Assembly: GCA_030265395.1 (NCBI GenBank)
Contig: JARFYF010000094.1
Span: 33,350,865-33,414,864, forward strand
From: Rhina ancylostomus
Lineage: Eukaryota
Reading direction: 5' to 3'
Length of the DNA: 64,000 nucleotides
Shown: positions 1 through 12,700 of the stretch, piece by piece
Position numbering within the stretch: position 1 is the stretch's first letter
Layout of the letters: each line of letters opens with the position of its first letter
Made by a program: the position numbers and the translations under genes
Notes under the pieces: generated by a model
Told to the model about the DNA's origin: nothing
Database searches by the model: none
Seen by the model: the letters and a program-made list of their open reading frames with translations, nothing else

Positions 1-29
1 TGTCACAAGTAATGCAAACTGCCTAACAA

Positions 30-215
30 TGCCCAGATGTATTTTTGACAATTATCTGGTACATTCATTGTCACTCTTATGGATGCTATGTTTATATTCC
101 ACATTTATTTAACTACTTGAATTCAAATTCACCAATTATTATGGTGAGAGTTGAATCTAAGTTTCTGGATTAGTAACCCATATCTCTGAATGCTAGTAAC
201 CTAACTACTATGTTT
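30..215 (-). mobile_element. Old tRNA-derived SINE remnant
   Basis: Decayed resemblance to a common chondrichthyan SINE pattern (ccagatg..tttt..gacaat ... gaattcaaattc..cca ... ggtg.ga.ttgaa ... ctggatt ... ctag..taacct). Recognised by eye only. Confidence 0.4.
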
Positions 216-1549
216 CATTATCATTTTGGTTGCAATAGCCAGCACGCATGTGGAGCTCAAGACTTCACATGTAAACCTCAAACTTTTTATGAACTACAAA
301 CTCTATCACTCTTTGAAATGTGCCCCAACTACCAAAAGTCCTCACAGTCTAAGCTATGCATATTTTATGCACAATGTTGAATAACTCTTGGAAGCAAACA
401 TTATTACTATTCTGAACTCTTCATTTCAGTTAGTATTCCAAATTTCACTGAAAAATTCAATTATAATTACATCTAAGGGCTTACAGATCTTAGAGGTGAA
501 TGCCAATGGGTCCTCAAGATGAGATTTTATTGCCTTGACTATTAAGATGGGGGCTTTGCAGTATTGTCCAGAAGGTCTCATGCTTTATCCTTGACTGGAT
601 AAGTCCTGTCTGCTGCAGAACACAGGAAGAGGAGGGAAAGGAGAAAGGGGGCAGAGGGCAATAAGTAGAGGCCTTCTTCGGATGTTCTATCAGGCCACAG
701 TATAGCAGGCTACTTCATTACCTCAGGGCATATGCAGAGAAGCAGTCCATGACCACAAGGCATAAGATCTTGCCACTATTTGATTTTGAAATCTGTTGCA
801 AATGGTTAGCCCACCATAGCACATGCATTGCAATGACCATTGCTTCATGTGGAAGTCTGATCATCTTCCCTTGGCAACAGTGTTACTATGACCTACTCCT
901 CCAATAGTAACACTTGAATTAGGGATTTAAGGAATAACAATCAGGAATAATGAATACCTGAATCAAAGGTTTAATCACAGCAGCTGTAAAAGTGTATGGG
1001 AAGCTAAATGTGTTGCCACAAGGGACTTTGTGAAGTATTCCACCACAAGGGAGGTTCAGGTCAAGGTGGTGGAAAAGGATCTCTTAGCTCCACAGACACT
1101 AAAGAATGGTCTATCTCGTTCAGCATAAACCACCAACTGCATTGTCATCCTCATGAATCACCCTGATCTTTCTCTGCAATCTAATATTACTACAATATCT
1201 ACAAAGGTTGCCCTTTGCTCTTTTGAACTAGGTATCATCAACTCATGAAAGTTTCCCATCAGAAAGACTGAACTACCCAGACAGTTTCCATTTGGGTATA
1301 ATGCATCTGCAAGGGACTCTAAGTCATCAAAACACTTGGAATTATGTCTGTTTCCTGGCTGCAGCTCCAATATTCATCATGTTGGAGCTGCCTGCACAAC
1401 AGTAAAGTCAGTATTGCCACATTGCAAACGATGAGGTAGGTTGTATCTCACCATCCTGAATAGGATGTAGGTTTGAGCGACAAAGGCTAACCTCTCAGTG
1501 ATGCACACTACCCATAAGGATTATATTCGTTTCATTTTTTGGGATCTGG

Positions 1550-2240
1550 ATATCACTGGCAAGGTGATAAATGGCTTCCAAAATGTAGTGGTGAGCTGTC
1601 TCCTTAAACCATGACAGTCCTTCTGGTGAAGGTACTCCTCTAGTGCTGTCAGAGAGGCAGTTCTGGATTTAGGTTTAGTGATGATGATGGAATGACAGCA
1701 CATTTCCAAATCAGGATGGTATACAAATTCCTATGTGCCTCCTACTCTTGTCTGATTTTATGTGGAAGAGACAAAGGATTTTGGAGGTGTTGTTGGAGTG
1801 GTCTGGGCTAGTAACTACAGTGGATTTTGTAAATGGTATAAACTGTGATAGAGAAAATTAATCTTTAGGATGGCGGATGGAATATCAATCTGCTCTGCCT
1901 AGATGGTGCAATGTTGCCTAAATTGTTGTCAGAGCTGCACTCATCCAGGCAAGTAGACAGTATTCCATGATTCTCCTGACTTGTACCATGTTGATGGTGG
2001 AAAAACTCTGGCATTGCAGGTGAATCACTTGCCTTAAGATATGCAATATATTCCGTTATAGTCTAGGCTGTTGATGGCAATGCCAATGGATGTCATTGGT
2101 CAGTGGTTACTTGCCATTTATCAGCCCATGGTTGAATGCTTATTGCATGCTGGTGTGGTCTTCTTCATTTGCTGAGGACTTTGCCAATGGAACTATACAT
2201 TGAACAATGGTCAGCAAAAAGCTTGTTTCTGATCTTATGA
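1550..2240 (-). mobile_element. Degenerate CR1-group LINE, 3' portion of ORF2
   Basis: Minus-strand translation near 1900-2010 gives SFSTINMVQVRRIMEYCLLAWMSAALTT, resembling the RT C-terminal motif LSTIYKAQVRSVMEYSPLAWMSAAPTT. Many stops. Confidence 0.6.
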
Positions 2241-4032
2241 TGCTCTTACAACATGAGAGAACAAACAAAATAGTTCATATCCTACATCCCTCTGTTACTG
2301 TCCATCACTGTCCCCTTCTACACAACTGTAAAAGCCAGGACCAAGCAAAATAACAAACTAAACATCTGTTTGCATCCAATCAAGACCAAAACCATTCAAT
2401 CATTGAAAAATCACCCTTGAGCTTACCCTTGGTGCCCCAACCTGATGCAAGATTTTTCCCTTGTAGAGAAGTAAATTACAGACTGCAGGTATCTTTGAAT
2501 CAAGAGAGCCAAGTCTTGGGCTAGACTGCTTTGCCATGAGTAGTGACATTCTGAGCTAACTGGCTGATAAGCACCTGCAAGGGCACTGTCAAGGTCTCTT
2601 TGGTGGAAGCACAAATACTGTCTTTCTATAAAGGGAAAGCAAATTCCTACTCCATGGAGCCACTGACAGCCTACTTGTTAAGTGATGCAGGCATAGGACT
2701 GATTAATGCAGGTTAACTAACTCATGGATATTCACTATTAACATGCACTAATGTGGACAAAACATTATGACTGGCACTTCATGCACAGACCATGTTTGTG
2801 AAAATCACACATTAATAGCAATGATTCAAATTGGCACGGGTACCTGTACAATGGAATTTCAGCTCATTTTTATGTGTAAGTGAATTTCCAGGTCACTGTA
2901 TCCATTGTCACCAGCCTTTGTGAATGTATTTTACTGATGATGGCAGTTATTCATACCTTGGCAAACTAGATGTTCAGATGAATGCACAAACACAAGCAGT
3001 TTTGGTGGTGATAGTATGTAGGCTGCATTTGCACAACTAGCAGTGGGAAAGCCCCTGCAGTGCTACATGGCAGATTCTAGCATCAACGACAATTCTGCAT
3101 TACCACTCCATAACAAGAGACATCCTGCAGGCCAGATCCACTTGGGGCATGACTAGCACTCCACACCAACTCACTCATGCCCTTGAAACAATTGGATAAG
3201 TTGCAGTCTTAACATTGCCTTTAGCTAGAAAAGGTATGGTTTCATTTGAAAGCCTATCAACTTGCTAAAATCTCAAAAAATACAACAAACAAAAAGAATA
3301 GTCCACATGAAATAGATTCTTGCTTGTTATCAAGTAAGCCCAAGTTGGATAAGTTTTATCAGTTTTTAAACATGGCAAAGAGTTTATGTAAAGGGAAATC
3401 TGACAGGGCTTGACCTGCTATCCCTCATGGCATGGGGTCTATTTGTATTCATGCCATGAATAATCACAGCCTATTGGATGTGAATAAGTAAATACTCCAC
3501 CTGAAAGTGTTTGAATAAAACGAAACAGGTGAAAAGGAACTTATACATCTATATACAAAAGTAATCCCCACTGAATTGAAATGATTTCAGAAAACAGGAA
3601 ATATGATAATGAAAACAGAGACTGAGCAGAATGCACACTGTCTTCATGTTTCCTGCACAGCCACTAACAATAGGGGATCATGTGACAGCCTATCCCATCA
3701 TTCAGTCATTAATAGTTGTGCTGGAGTAATTACACTTACGGTTCCTTTGCCTCAGGCGAATTTTTGAAATAAGATAGTTGAAATTATGATACCGCTGATA
3801 AATATTAATAAGTGAACTTTTAATTTTTGCCACAGTATTCCAAATGCGAAACAACCAGCTAATGCTCCAGTGACTTACAATGCATTTGCCCTGGGGCGTT
3901 AATGCTTTATGCACTTAAAAAGTTTTAAAGAAATTAAATTTTAATATCTAATTAGTGAACGAGTCATTGTGCAGTGAGCAAGGGATCTGGGTGTTGTGGA
4001 CTTTGCAGACTGAATCCATTTGTTGATCTTAC

Positions 4033-4102
4033 CTGTAAAGCAGCATTAAGTGGTGATCCATATGCAAGGCTGGTCTGTATATTTTTTATAATAGAGGGAT
4101 TG
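4033..4102 (-). CDS. FOXP1: FOXP1 post-forkhead exon (NPSIIKNIQTSLAYGSPLNAALQ)
   Basis: Acceptor ttcttttttcttatacAG, donor CAG|GTAAGA. 70 nt, phase 2 to 0, compatible with either forkhead exon. Confidence 0.94.
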
Positions 4103-4758
4103 CTGTATAAGAAAAAAGAAGATAATATTCACAATTCACAATGAGTAAATAATTGACATACAGCAGAAGTTAGTGTATTCAGCTCCATTTTACTAACAGC
4201 AAAAAAAATCACTTTTAAATTGGATTCAATTAAGGAACACCTGTAACTGACTCTGATTTTTTAAAATCTGATCTATTTGAACACTGTTATATTTAAACTT
4301 TTTGGGGTCCTTTAACTGCACGATTAAAAAAATACAGTTTTAAAGTTTTTTTTAAGAGAACTAGAAAGTATATTAATTTATTTGGACAATATTCTGCAAA
4401 TTGATTTATCTCTATATATCTTTTGATATAGGCACAGAACAAAATCCTATTTAATTACTATACAGTGAAGCAGCATTATACTCAAATGCATACAATTCAA
4501 AGTAAAAGAAACTGAGGTATGCAATTTTATTAGGAGGTCCTACTGAGAATTTTCAAAACATTGTACAGATCTTGCAACTGTTCAAGAAGTTTGGAGATGA
4601 TGGGTTATAAATTATTATGGCTTAAGTTTAAAGATGCAGGATGCCTTTTTTTTATTATGATTAAAGGATACAAGATGGAGCCCTCTTATTATCCCAGCCT
4701 CTTTGGCAAGTAAATTAATAAGATTAAGGAGGGTATTATATTAACCAGACATAAAAGT

Positions 4759-4820
4759 GAAATGAGAACAGTTATATTGAAAATGAGAAAGGATATACTG
4801 AAAATGAGAAAGAATACTGC
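4759..4820. repeat. Short imperfect tandem repeat, ~21-bp unit, about 3 copies
   Basis: tgaaatgagaacagttatat / tgaaaatgagaaaggatatac / tgaaaatgagaaagaatac. Confidence 0.6.
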
Positions 4821-5059
4821 AAGAAACAGTTATTAAACAGGTGAGCCATTGCAAGAGATGATGACTGGCAGGGAATAAATTCAATTTAAATATTTTGATA
4901 AATGCAAGGAAAGGGATAATAAAGATTAGCATGGCAGATTGTTGGGGGGCAGTGGCAGTGGCAGTTCAGGCTGAGAATTTATATTTAGGCTATGTATCAT
5001 CATTGCTCAAAAGCTGAACTTTGTGACTTCAGCCTGAAGGTAAAGTAAGGGTACAGTAT

Positions 5060-5107
5060 ATATATAAATGTATCTCCTATGATCATATATAAATGTATCT
5101 CCTATGG
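5060..5107. repeat. Local tandem duplication (~25 bp)
   Basis: atatataaatgtatctcctatg occurs twice in tandem. Confidence 0.75.
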
Positions 5108-6648
5108 GCATAACCAGCACATTATGTTTTAATATGATGAATAAGGATCAAAAAATGTGATAATAAGAAGGCTCCATTCAAGTCTGAAATAATTGTTTAA
5201 CAAGCCAGATAAGGGTATTTGTTTGGAAACTAAAAACACCTTTGTTGTTGAAATATGTATTATGGCAGAGTATGTTTTCATTGTTGGAACGGAGTCATTG
5301 TATAACAATGATTTTAGAGTATTAAAGAAGTCCAGGTAATCATCTTATTCAAATATTCTTGTCAAATAAGATTTTATTACCTGTCCCACACTTGTTTATA
5401 CTGGTCTTGCTTTCCTCTTTTTAGATTCTCTGATATTACAACTACATGCTGAATTATTTGGGACTAAAGCAGAATTCTGCATAATCAAGCAATGGTGTTT
5501 AGTTCTGAGGTAGCCAATGATATTTTTTCTCTCCCACAACATCGTTCCCTAAAAAGCGGAGTCTTCAACTATTTCAGATATTTCACTGACCATTCTGCTG
5601 CAATTTTAAATTTAGTATTTATGGTTCAGATTTACCTAGTCTAATGCAGCACATTCCAAACTTTTGTTTTTCCAGCTGATCACTCTTGTCAACCTCCACT
5701 GAAAATAACCTGCAAGTGCATTAATTTGATAATTTGGTGCATGAATCACACAATGTTTTCCAAGCTGGAGTTATGAATTTGGTTGCAAGTTCTATTGCAT
5801 GTGAAAGGTTCTATATTACAATGCAACCAATGAATTTGTGCAGAATTCACACATAACTATTTGAGGGATAGCACTAATACGAGAAGTTGGGAGACAGAAA
5901 AGACAAACTGTAATATTTAGAATATTTGGCAATGGAGAAATCACTGCTTGATGAAAGGAGTTGATGAGCCCTTCAGCTGTAATGTGTGTCTGTGTTGGCC
6001 TTATAGCCATTTTGTTTTTAATGTGATCATGACCAATTTTAAGATGGTACTTGAATTATTATAACTTCTTCAAAATGTGGGCTGGGGCAGAGAGTGGTAC
6101 ATGGATAAATTGATGAAGCTGCTTTGTTCTGAGTTCAAACTCTATTAGTGTTGAAAAGTTAACTTCCAAATTTTGAAGTATATATATATTTGTGATTGAT
6201 GTTTGTAACCAATTGAAGTATTTGTGAAGTATATTGCTCTTGTGATATTACATTTTTGACTTGCTTCATCTGATGATTTTGAGTAATCGTTCAGAATGAC
6301 TTTTGTATAGGACTGTAAAAATCAACGGCTAAGTACCTTCTGTGTCAATGTTCAGATATAAAGATTGCACAGTTATAAATTCTTCAAGTGTGATCACAAT
6401 GTAAATAATAATGGGGAATATTTCCAAAAGAATTGGAAACAAAATTTCATGATGTCACCTGAACCTTCTCTGTAATCAATTATTTGAGAGATTATTTAAA
6501 ATAGAGCTCTGTTATAGCAACAATGTATTTTGAATAAAGTACAATTTGGTCAGTAGAAGGAGTCACACTTTTAATTCAACAGATGTTATAACACAGAGTC
6601 ATTCTTACTTAACATTCTAATTCTCAGGGCAATCTGACAGATGGTAAC

Positions 6649-6690
6649 CATGCAATGCAAAGCAGAAGCAAAAAAGTAGCAAGCAAAAGC
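6649..6690 (-). promoter_or_regulatory. Splicing-regulatory cluster just downstream of the 18b donor: four YGCY (MBNL-type) motifs and one TGCATG (RBFOX) motif
   Basis: Minus strand reads GTAAGAGCTTTTGCTTGCTACTTTTTTGCTTCTGCTTTGCATTGCATGG; TGCATG corresponds to 6649-6654. Confidence 0.55.
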
Positions 6691-6696
6691 TCTTAC

Positions 6697-6866
6697 TGTG
6701 CAAATTGTTCATCAAAGCTTTCATCAGGGTAGTATTTTCGAGGACGGCCTCGTTGAATATGGCGACCACGTTTAAATTCTTCATCATCAACAGTCCAAAA
6801 GGACCCAAACTCATCCTCTACTCTGATAAAGCACTTATGCAGTGACAAATTGGTGCGTATGGCACC
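6697..6866 (-). CDS. FOXP1: FOXP1 alternative, mutually exclusive forkhead exon (exon 18b / FOXP1-ES equivalent; [57 protein letters not shown])
   Basis: Acceptor ataatcccAG, donor ACA|GTAAGA. 170 nt, no stops, phase 0 to 2 like the canonical exon. Paralogous to it (NLSLHKC, RVE, WTVD) and closely similar to mammalian exon 18b as I recall it. Confidence 0.92.
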
Positions 6867-6868
6867 CT

Positions 6869-7021
6869 GGGATTATAGCAGCAGTCAAGCAGATGCGATG
6901 GAAAGACAAACAAGGGCAATGGGATTTGGGAGAGAACAAAAATCACACACAAGGGTTGGGTAAGGAAAAGGAGAAAAAAAAATGAAATAAGCAAATGATT
7001 TGTGGGGTTAATATGTGTAGC
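6869..7021 (-). promoter_or_regulatory. AG-exclusion zone with distant branch point candidate and polypyrimidine tract upstream of the 18b-like exon
   Basis: No AG on the minus strand between 7021 and 6869. TATTAAC at 7013-7007 (putative branch A 7008) is followed by a long U/C-rich tract. Confidence 0.65.
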
Positions 7022-7276
7022 CTGCAAGCAGAAGCATATGATGCAGAACACTAGGCAAGCAGATGGAAAGGACACGGGGTGGGCACCATGGCATACACAG
7101 ACTGGAAAACAAGGGGAAAGGACCCTGTGACAAAGCACTTGCTTTCCATGCCCCACATTTTCCTAAACAGCAAGAATATAACCAAGCAACACCCTTCCCT
7201 CCATCACCTGCAAGCAGCCATAAGCTGTAAGTTAAACTACAGGGGAGCTAGCTATGCTAGGAGGTTTAAGCAATTA

Positions 7277-7414
<138 letters not shown>

Positions 7415-10400
7415 CTATAGTAAGTACAAAGAAGAAAACATTCAATATTGTATCTAAAAGAAAGGAAGTATATATTATAAGTGTTGCCACGGCCATAATG
7501 AAGATTCAAGCTTGCTGTCAGTGTTTGCATTGACAGGCTCTTGTCAAGCTATTCAGTTCCATCCATAATTCTTTGATCAGTTCAGAAAAACAGTTTGTGG
7601 AAAAGAACATAGATGTGGCACTTTTTCTATAGCTAATTGATAAGGTTTAGTTAGATTGTTGATACCACTGTAACATTGTTCTCAATGCTGTAGCACACAA
7701 CAAGCATTCCTATTGGAATTCACACTCATTCAATTTGTAAGAAATGACAATGCACAAGACAGTAGCATTTTCCACTTTTTCTTCAAATGACTGGCATCAG
7801 GAATCAGCATTCAAGGGGAATCAAAATAAATGCTCAAACATATTCTAATTATTCACAGGTCACAATATGCACCATTGTACTTAAATAGGACAATTAAAAG
7901 TGATGAATATACTGAAAACATTTGTAAGGGGTAATAAAAGGTGAATAGATCTCAATTAGCAGATTCAGACAGTTTGAAGCACTGTTCCAACAATGCAGCT
8001 TAAATCGAATTCTAAACAAGTCCCTTTTATTTATTATATTATCCCTCATCAAATGTGATATGTTTGCAACTGTTTAACTAGTGATTACCATTTAGAGTTG
8101 AGTTTAAGATTCCTGCTTGTTCTAGCTGTAGAAAGCAAATCTGGTCAAACTTCACTTCAGCAGCCTTCAATCACAGGACACCTTTGTACTATTTATATAG
8201 ACTAGATTCAAGTGATACTCAGAAAGATGAAAAACAATTGGCACCTACTATGTCAAATTTGAGTTGCTGATTGGTAAAGGAAAAACACTGCCATATATTT
8301 ATAAATCTAATGCCAATCCATATGGTGTTTCTATGATGAAGGTAGGAGATTGAAAAATATGTTTGGCAAAATGGAAATACTTTGTAATTTTCATTTTCGT
8401 AATCTGACTGGTACATAGCAGTCATTTGGCAATGACTTAAATCCAAATTTAAAGTGCTAAAGAAAAAAGGTTCATTTTTTAAAATCTATTGCTCAACAAC
8501 AATCAAAGCATTGCCCATTTTGAATTGCCCCATAAGTGAGGACCCTTATGGAGTCAGAATCCTTTAGTTAGCCCACATTCCAACCTTAATGAAATAGTAT
8601 GAATATAGTAAACAGACATTGCTTCTGACTTGTCAGAACCATTTGAAGCTTCTGCCCTACAGCAGTATGTTTAAAGAAAAGTCAAGGAAAGGATCACAAG
8701 TTATTACTAAAGGCATATATATATTTGCTTTTCATATGCTATTTATATGCACACTGGTTATTCATAAATAGATGGAAGACACTTTCATACATACCAATTC
8801 TGTGTTTCTACAATGCTGCATGCTGCCATGCAGAACCGAGTCACAGTAGGGAAGATGAATGTTCATCACTAAAATGTGCCCCATGGAAGGACTGTCAGCA
8901 GTTGGTGGAGCATTCTGTTAAAGATTTGAATGAATCTACTGAGCTGGTACTTGTCAAAGTCACAGCTGTAGATCTGACACATTGGAGATGGACTAAATCT
9001 GCCATGTCGTTTAAATAACGTGCATGCATTTTTGAGAATCTTTAGATAAGAAAAGTCTCATTTTAACACAAGCAAAAATACACTTCAAAAATGGGACTAA
9101 GGAATAAGAAACAAGTAACAAATTGATAGTGCTGAATGCATTAAAACAGATAATACTGAGGAACAGCTCCACACCAATTTTAATTATTAAGGTCAGGGAT
9201 GGCCAGTTACTGCATTAAAGCAGTAGATGTGACTGAAAGATCTAAATCTTACCGACATTCATGTTCATCCTTTCCCTAGAGGCAGGTTATGACTATTGTA
9301 CAATGAATTTGAAAATTTGTGAGGATCAAGTGAACCACCTGATAGGTTGATTGCAAAGAATGACTTTAATGACAGTCATGGCAATATCTGAGAACAAATC
9401 TTCCAAGAATGTAGGTGTGTAGGTGGGTGGTGGGGTGCAAGGATGAATCTTTCACATAAAAGAAAATCAGAGCTTTTGCTGCCAGTGATACTCATAGGGT
9501 AAATACTTTTCAAATATATGGAATTCTCTTGAGCTTTTGTTTTAACTTTCTAACTTTTTGTTCTATCCTGTTAGTAGCAATGACTTCCTGGGCACAACTT
9601 TGAAGGAACCAGCTTGCAGAGACATTGAAGAATGAAAGCATCTTAAGCAAGTTAGGTGGTGTTTCTGAATCTACTTGCTTTGTAAAGTAGAACACAACAA
9701 AAGCGTTTCAGCCCTTGTAAAACAAAATAGAAATCCACCCTTCTCTTATAAGAAAAATCAATTTGTCCTCATTATCTATTTTAACAAAACCTGTTTGATT
9801 CTTCCATTATTTCAACCAATAAATCTAACTGCAACTTTGATTACTGTAAAACATGCTACAATTAGCTTTTTCCAAAATAGAAAGTCAATTTTGATACTGT
9901 ATCCTTGAAATTTCTTTTTGTTCAACCACTGGGAATTCTTTGCATAATATTACTTAAAATATGCTACAAATTTTTAACCACTGCACAAGACAATCAGTTT
10001 CCTGACATCTGTAAACAAGATATACTTTTTAGCGCTAACAAAAATATATTAGATTTTGTCAGCAGAATTGGAACTATTTTAAAATCTCTTACAGTTTTGT
10101 TACTCTTACATATTCCAGTTTTGTTTGTTATTTAAATAACTCACCTTTGATAACAATGTATCAGCAAGTGCAAATTGGGCTGCAAATATGTGTTATCTAG
10201 ACTATGATTTCTTAAAAGACTTAGAATATTAGGTGTATATAGATTTCTTACAGATATTCAAAGGAATTGGATGTACATGAGGACTTTATTTTGAATTATT
10301 ATCTTAGAGTTGATTAGGCCACCAACATTCACTGCCTAGAGTCATACATGAGAATGACAACTTGAAGATGATACAGATATGTTCTATAGTGCAATACTTG

Positions 10401-10849
10401 TTAATGGCAGTAAAATTTGACATTTCCAAAAATTGAATGCACATATCAAGAATTGTGATTAACCTAAGTCTTGTTTGCAATGTTGGCAAAAGAGCAACTT
10501 GGTCATTATGGTATGAACATCAATCCATGCCAACCAGGCTGTTCACTGACCAAAACATTAGTGAAAAATACCAGATAACAATAGTCTGCATCTACTAAAG
10601 GGGAGATTCATTGTGGCTGGAGCAGTTACTGGCTGATATAGTACAAGTAAATCTGAAAACAATGAAAAAGGGGAGAAAAAAAGGATTATGATTTGTGAAG
10701 AACCAGGAAGGCCTTGCAGAAAGACATATATTACCAAGAAGTGTGATTGGAAAGATGAGTAATTCAATACAGGTGTCAAGCCCGCAGAACCTGGAAGTAG
10801 AATTTTTAAAAAACGTATTCAAAGAACGTAAGCAACGATGGCAATGAAA

Positions 10850-11240
10850 GCATTTATTTCCCATCACTAATCGGTCTCGAGGAGAAGGATGATCTACTTC
10901 CCTACAGTCTCTGCGCTGAGAAGTCTCCCACAGTGCTGTTGTGTAGGAAGCTCCAGGATTTTTACCAGGCGGCTATGAAGGAATACCAGGCTGTGCCTGA
11001 CTGGAAGGGGTATTTATAGACAGCGGTGTTCCCATTATCCTCTATCCTTGTCCACATACTAGACGGATGTTGCAGACTGCCAACTAAAGGCAATTTAGCA
11101 GGTTGTACCGTGCATCTTTTAGATACTACATACTGCAGTAGTGGTGTGCTGGTAGGAGAGGAAGTAAATGTTTAAGATGGTGGAAGAGATGCCAATCAAG
11201 TAGATTGTCCTGGATGGCATCAAGCTTCTTGAGTTCTGGA
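10850..11240 (-). mobile_element. Degenerate LINE 3' end, similar family to 1550-2240
   Basis: Shares colinear diverged motifs with 1550-1950 (cagtgctgtt...tccaggattt; gatggtgga...ccaatcaag...gtcctggatggcatcaagcttcttgag). Confidence 0.5.
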
Positions 11241-11629
11241 TGGTCTCAAATTCAGATGAGGATTAGTGATCTGGTGCAGCAGAGGGGGTGAGCTAGTCAT
11301 TGCAGTGCACAAACCCANNNNNNNNNNNNNNNNNNNNNNNNNNNNNNNNNNNNNNNNNNNNNCTGTCTGCCAGCCACAAACCAGCCTGCACTACTGCCAT
11401 CTATACTAAAATGCTGTAATTACTACTGGACTACCAAAATTGGCCAAGACCACTGCAGCCTCCACTTGTCATGCTGCAACCCTGGGGTATCACTGGTGAA
11501 TGGGGTATTGTGTTATGACCACTGGCACAATCCCTAGATAATAGCTTGTATGCAGCACAGAAAGAAAGAGGTGACTTCAGTCTGCCTGTATTCTCTCCTT
11601 CTCCTCAACTGCCATCATATAGCTGGTGG

Positions 11630-12700
11630 CAAGGAATGTGCTCTCATTTGATAAGGTAGTACAAGGTTCAGCAGACCACCAGAAAGCTTGGCACCTGTCC
11701 TGATGAGTATTATAGGACTATTCAGAGCAATCTCAGCAGAAATATTGTTTCAGCACATCAAATGGTCTATTCTGTGTGGCAGAATGACTTTCATTGTATG
11801 CAACAACGTTTTTGTATTTGGGAAAGTGATCAGACATTTTCAGTGATCAGACAAGTGCCCGTATTCTCCAATAGTTTTAGGGGCGGCATGGTAGCGTAGT
11901 GGTTCGCTCAACGCTTTTACAGCACCAGCGATCGGGGTTCGATTCCCTTTGGTGTCTGTAAGGAGTTTGTACATTCTCCCATGTCTGCATGGGTTTCCTC
12001 TGGGTGCTCTGGTTTCCTCTCACATTCTAAAGATGTACGGTTAAGTTAATTTGGGGTTTAAAATGGACTTGTTGGGCCAGAAGGGCCTATTACCACACTA
12101 TAAATAAATTTAAAAAAAAAATTAAATTTAATTTTATCAAAGTGTTGGTTGCCAGTGGTCACGTTTTGGTTTAATGAAAAGGGTCTGCCTCAAACTGAAG
12201 ATATTATGATTGTTTCCAGGGTAGCGGGAATTGGTCTGGGTGATTTGCATGTGTTACATACCAGCTAAATGTTTGGTGTATGCAATCCAACTCTGTTCCA
12301 GTAAAGGGCAGAGTCAATGTGTGGTACACATAAATGATGTATGTGCAGTCAATGGGGCTCTGGTGCACAGGGAAGCATGCAGTCATAGCAAAGCCATGTG
12401 CTTTTTCCACCTGCTCATCTTTGGTACAAGAGAATAGAAGGCATTCATCTGTCCTTTCCCCACACACAAAGGATGGCAAAGTAAGAGATGTTGCAGAAGT
12501 TCCTGCTCCAGTCTGGAAGAAGCCAAATCATAAAAGTCATCCAGAAAGCTAATAGCTATCCTGCTCTAAATACACTGCTGTGGCTGTAACAACAGCAGGT
12601 TCTTGGGAGGATATTCTATCTCACACATATATCTTATACAGTGTTTCCCACTCAAGTTCAGGTGGGGGAATTGGACAGATATGAACTCCTTCTAGGAANN
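11630..12700 (-). pseudogene. Fossil PIF/Harbinger (HARBI1-type DDE) transposase, split by a SINE
   Basis: Colinear motifs across frames on minus: GFFQTGAG..CNISYFAI; DEQVEKAHGFAMTACFPVHQSPIDCTYI; YWNRVGLHTPNI*LVCN; RYPGNNHNIFSLRQ; then after the SINE AYNESHSAT, DVLKQYFC, YSSGQVPSFLVVC. These parallel HARBI1-family GSFQ, GFPxVQGAIDCTH, NRKGFHSxNVQLVCD, PGSxHDAFILRQS, YNxxH and LKxRFRCL. Confidence 0.75.
11880..12130 (+). mobile_element. V-SINE (tRNA-derived), near full length
   Basis: Pol III A box TAGCGTAGTGG and B box GGTTCGATTCC; V-domain core ggagtttgtacattctcccatgtctgcatgggtttcctctgggtgctctggtttcctc; CR1-like tail and A-rich end. Confidence 0.85.

Noticed and set aside
2427-2625. Pseudo-exon on minus (acceptor gctttccctttatAG, donor AGG|GTAAGC)
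   Set aside because: It has an in-frame stop after 34 codons and no similarity to the expected next FOXP1 exon (ASMAENSIPLY...); likely a chance pair of sites.
3425-3459. Hairpin TCATGGCATG...CATGCCATGA as a possible miRNA precursor
   Set aside because: The stem is only ~10-12 bp and does not extend convincingly; too short for a pre-miRNA.
6617-6814. [15 protein letters not shown]... over the 18b exon
   Set aside because: It is an alternative frame of exon 18b; the splice-compatible frame is the forkhead-like one.
9253-9386. Another possible cassette exon in the forkhead intron (donor TCG|GTAAGA)
   Set aside because: Weak acceptor, a stop at the fourth codon and no forkhead similarity; not a third forkhead exon copy.
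11880-11950. tRNA gene (A and B boxes present)
   Set aside because: It continues directly into a V-SINE core and recurs in several copies; it is a SINE head, not a tRNA.
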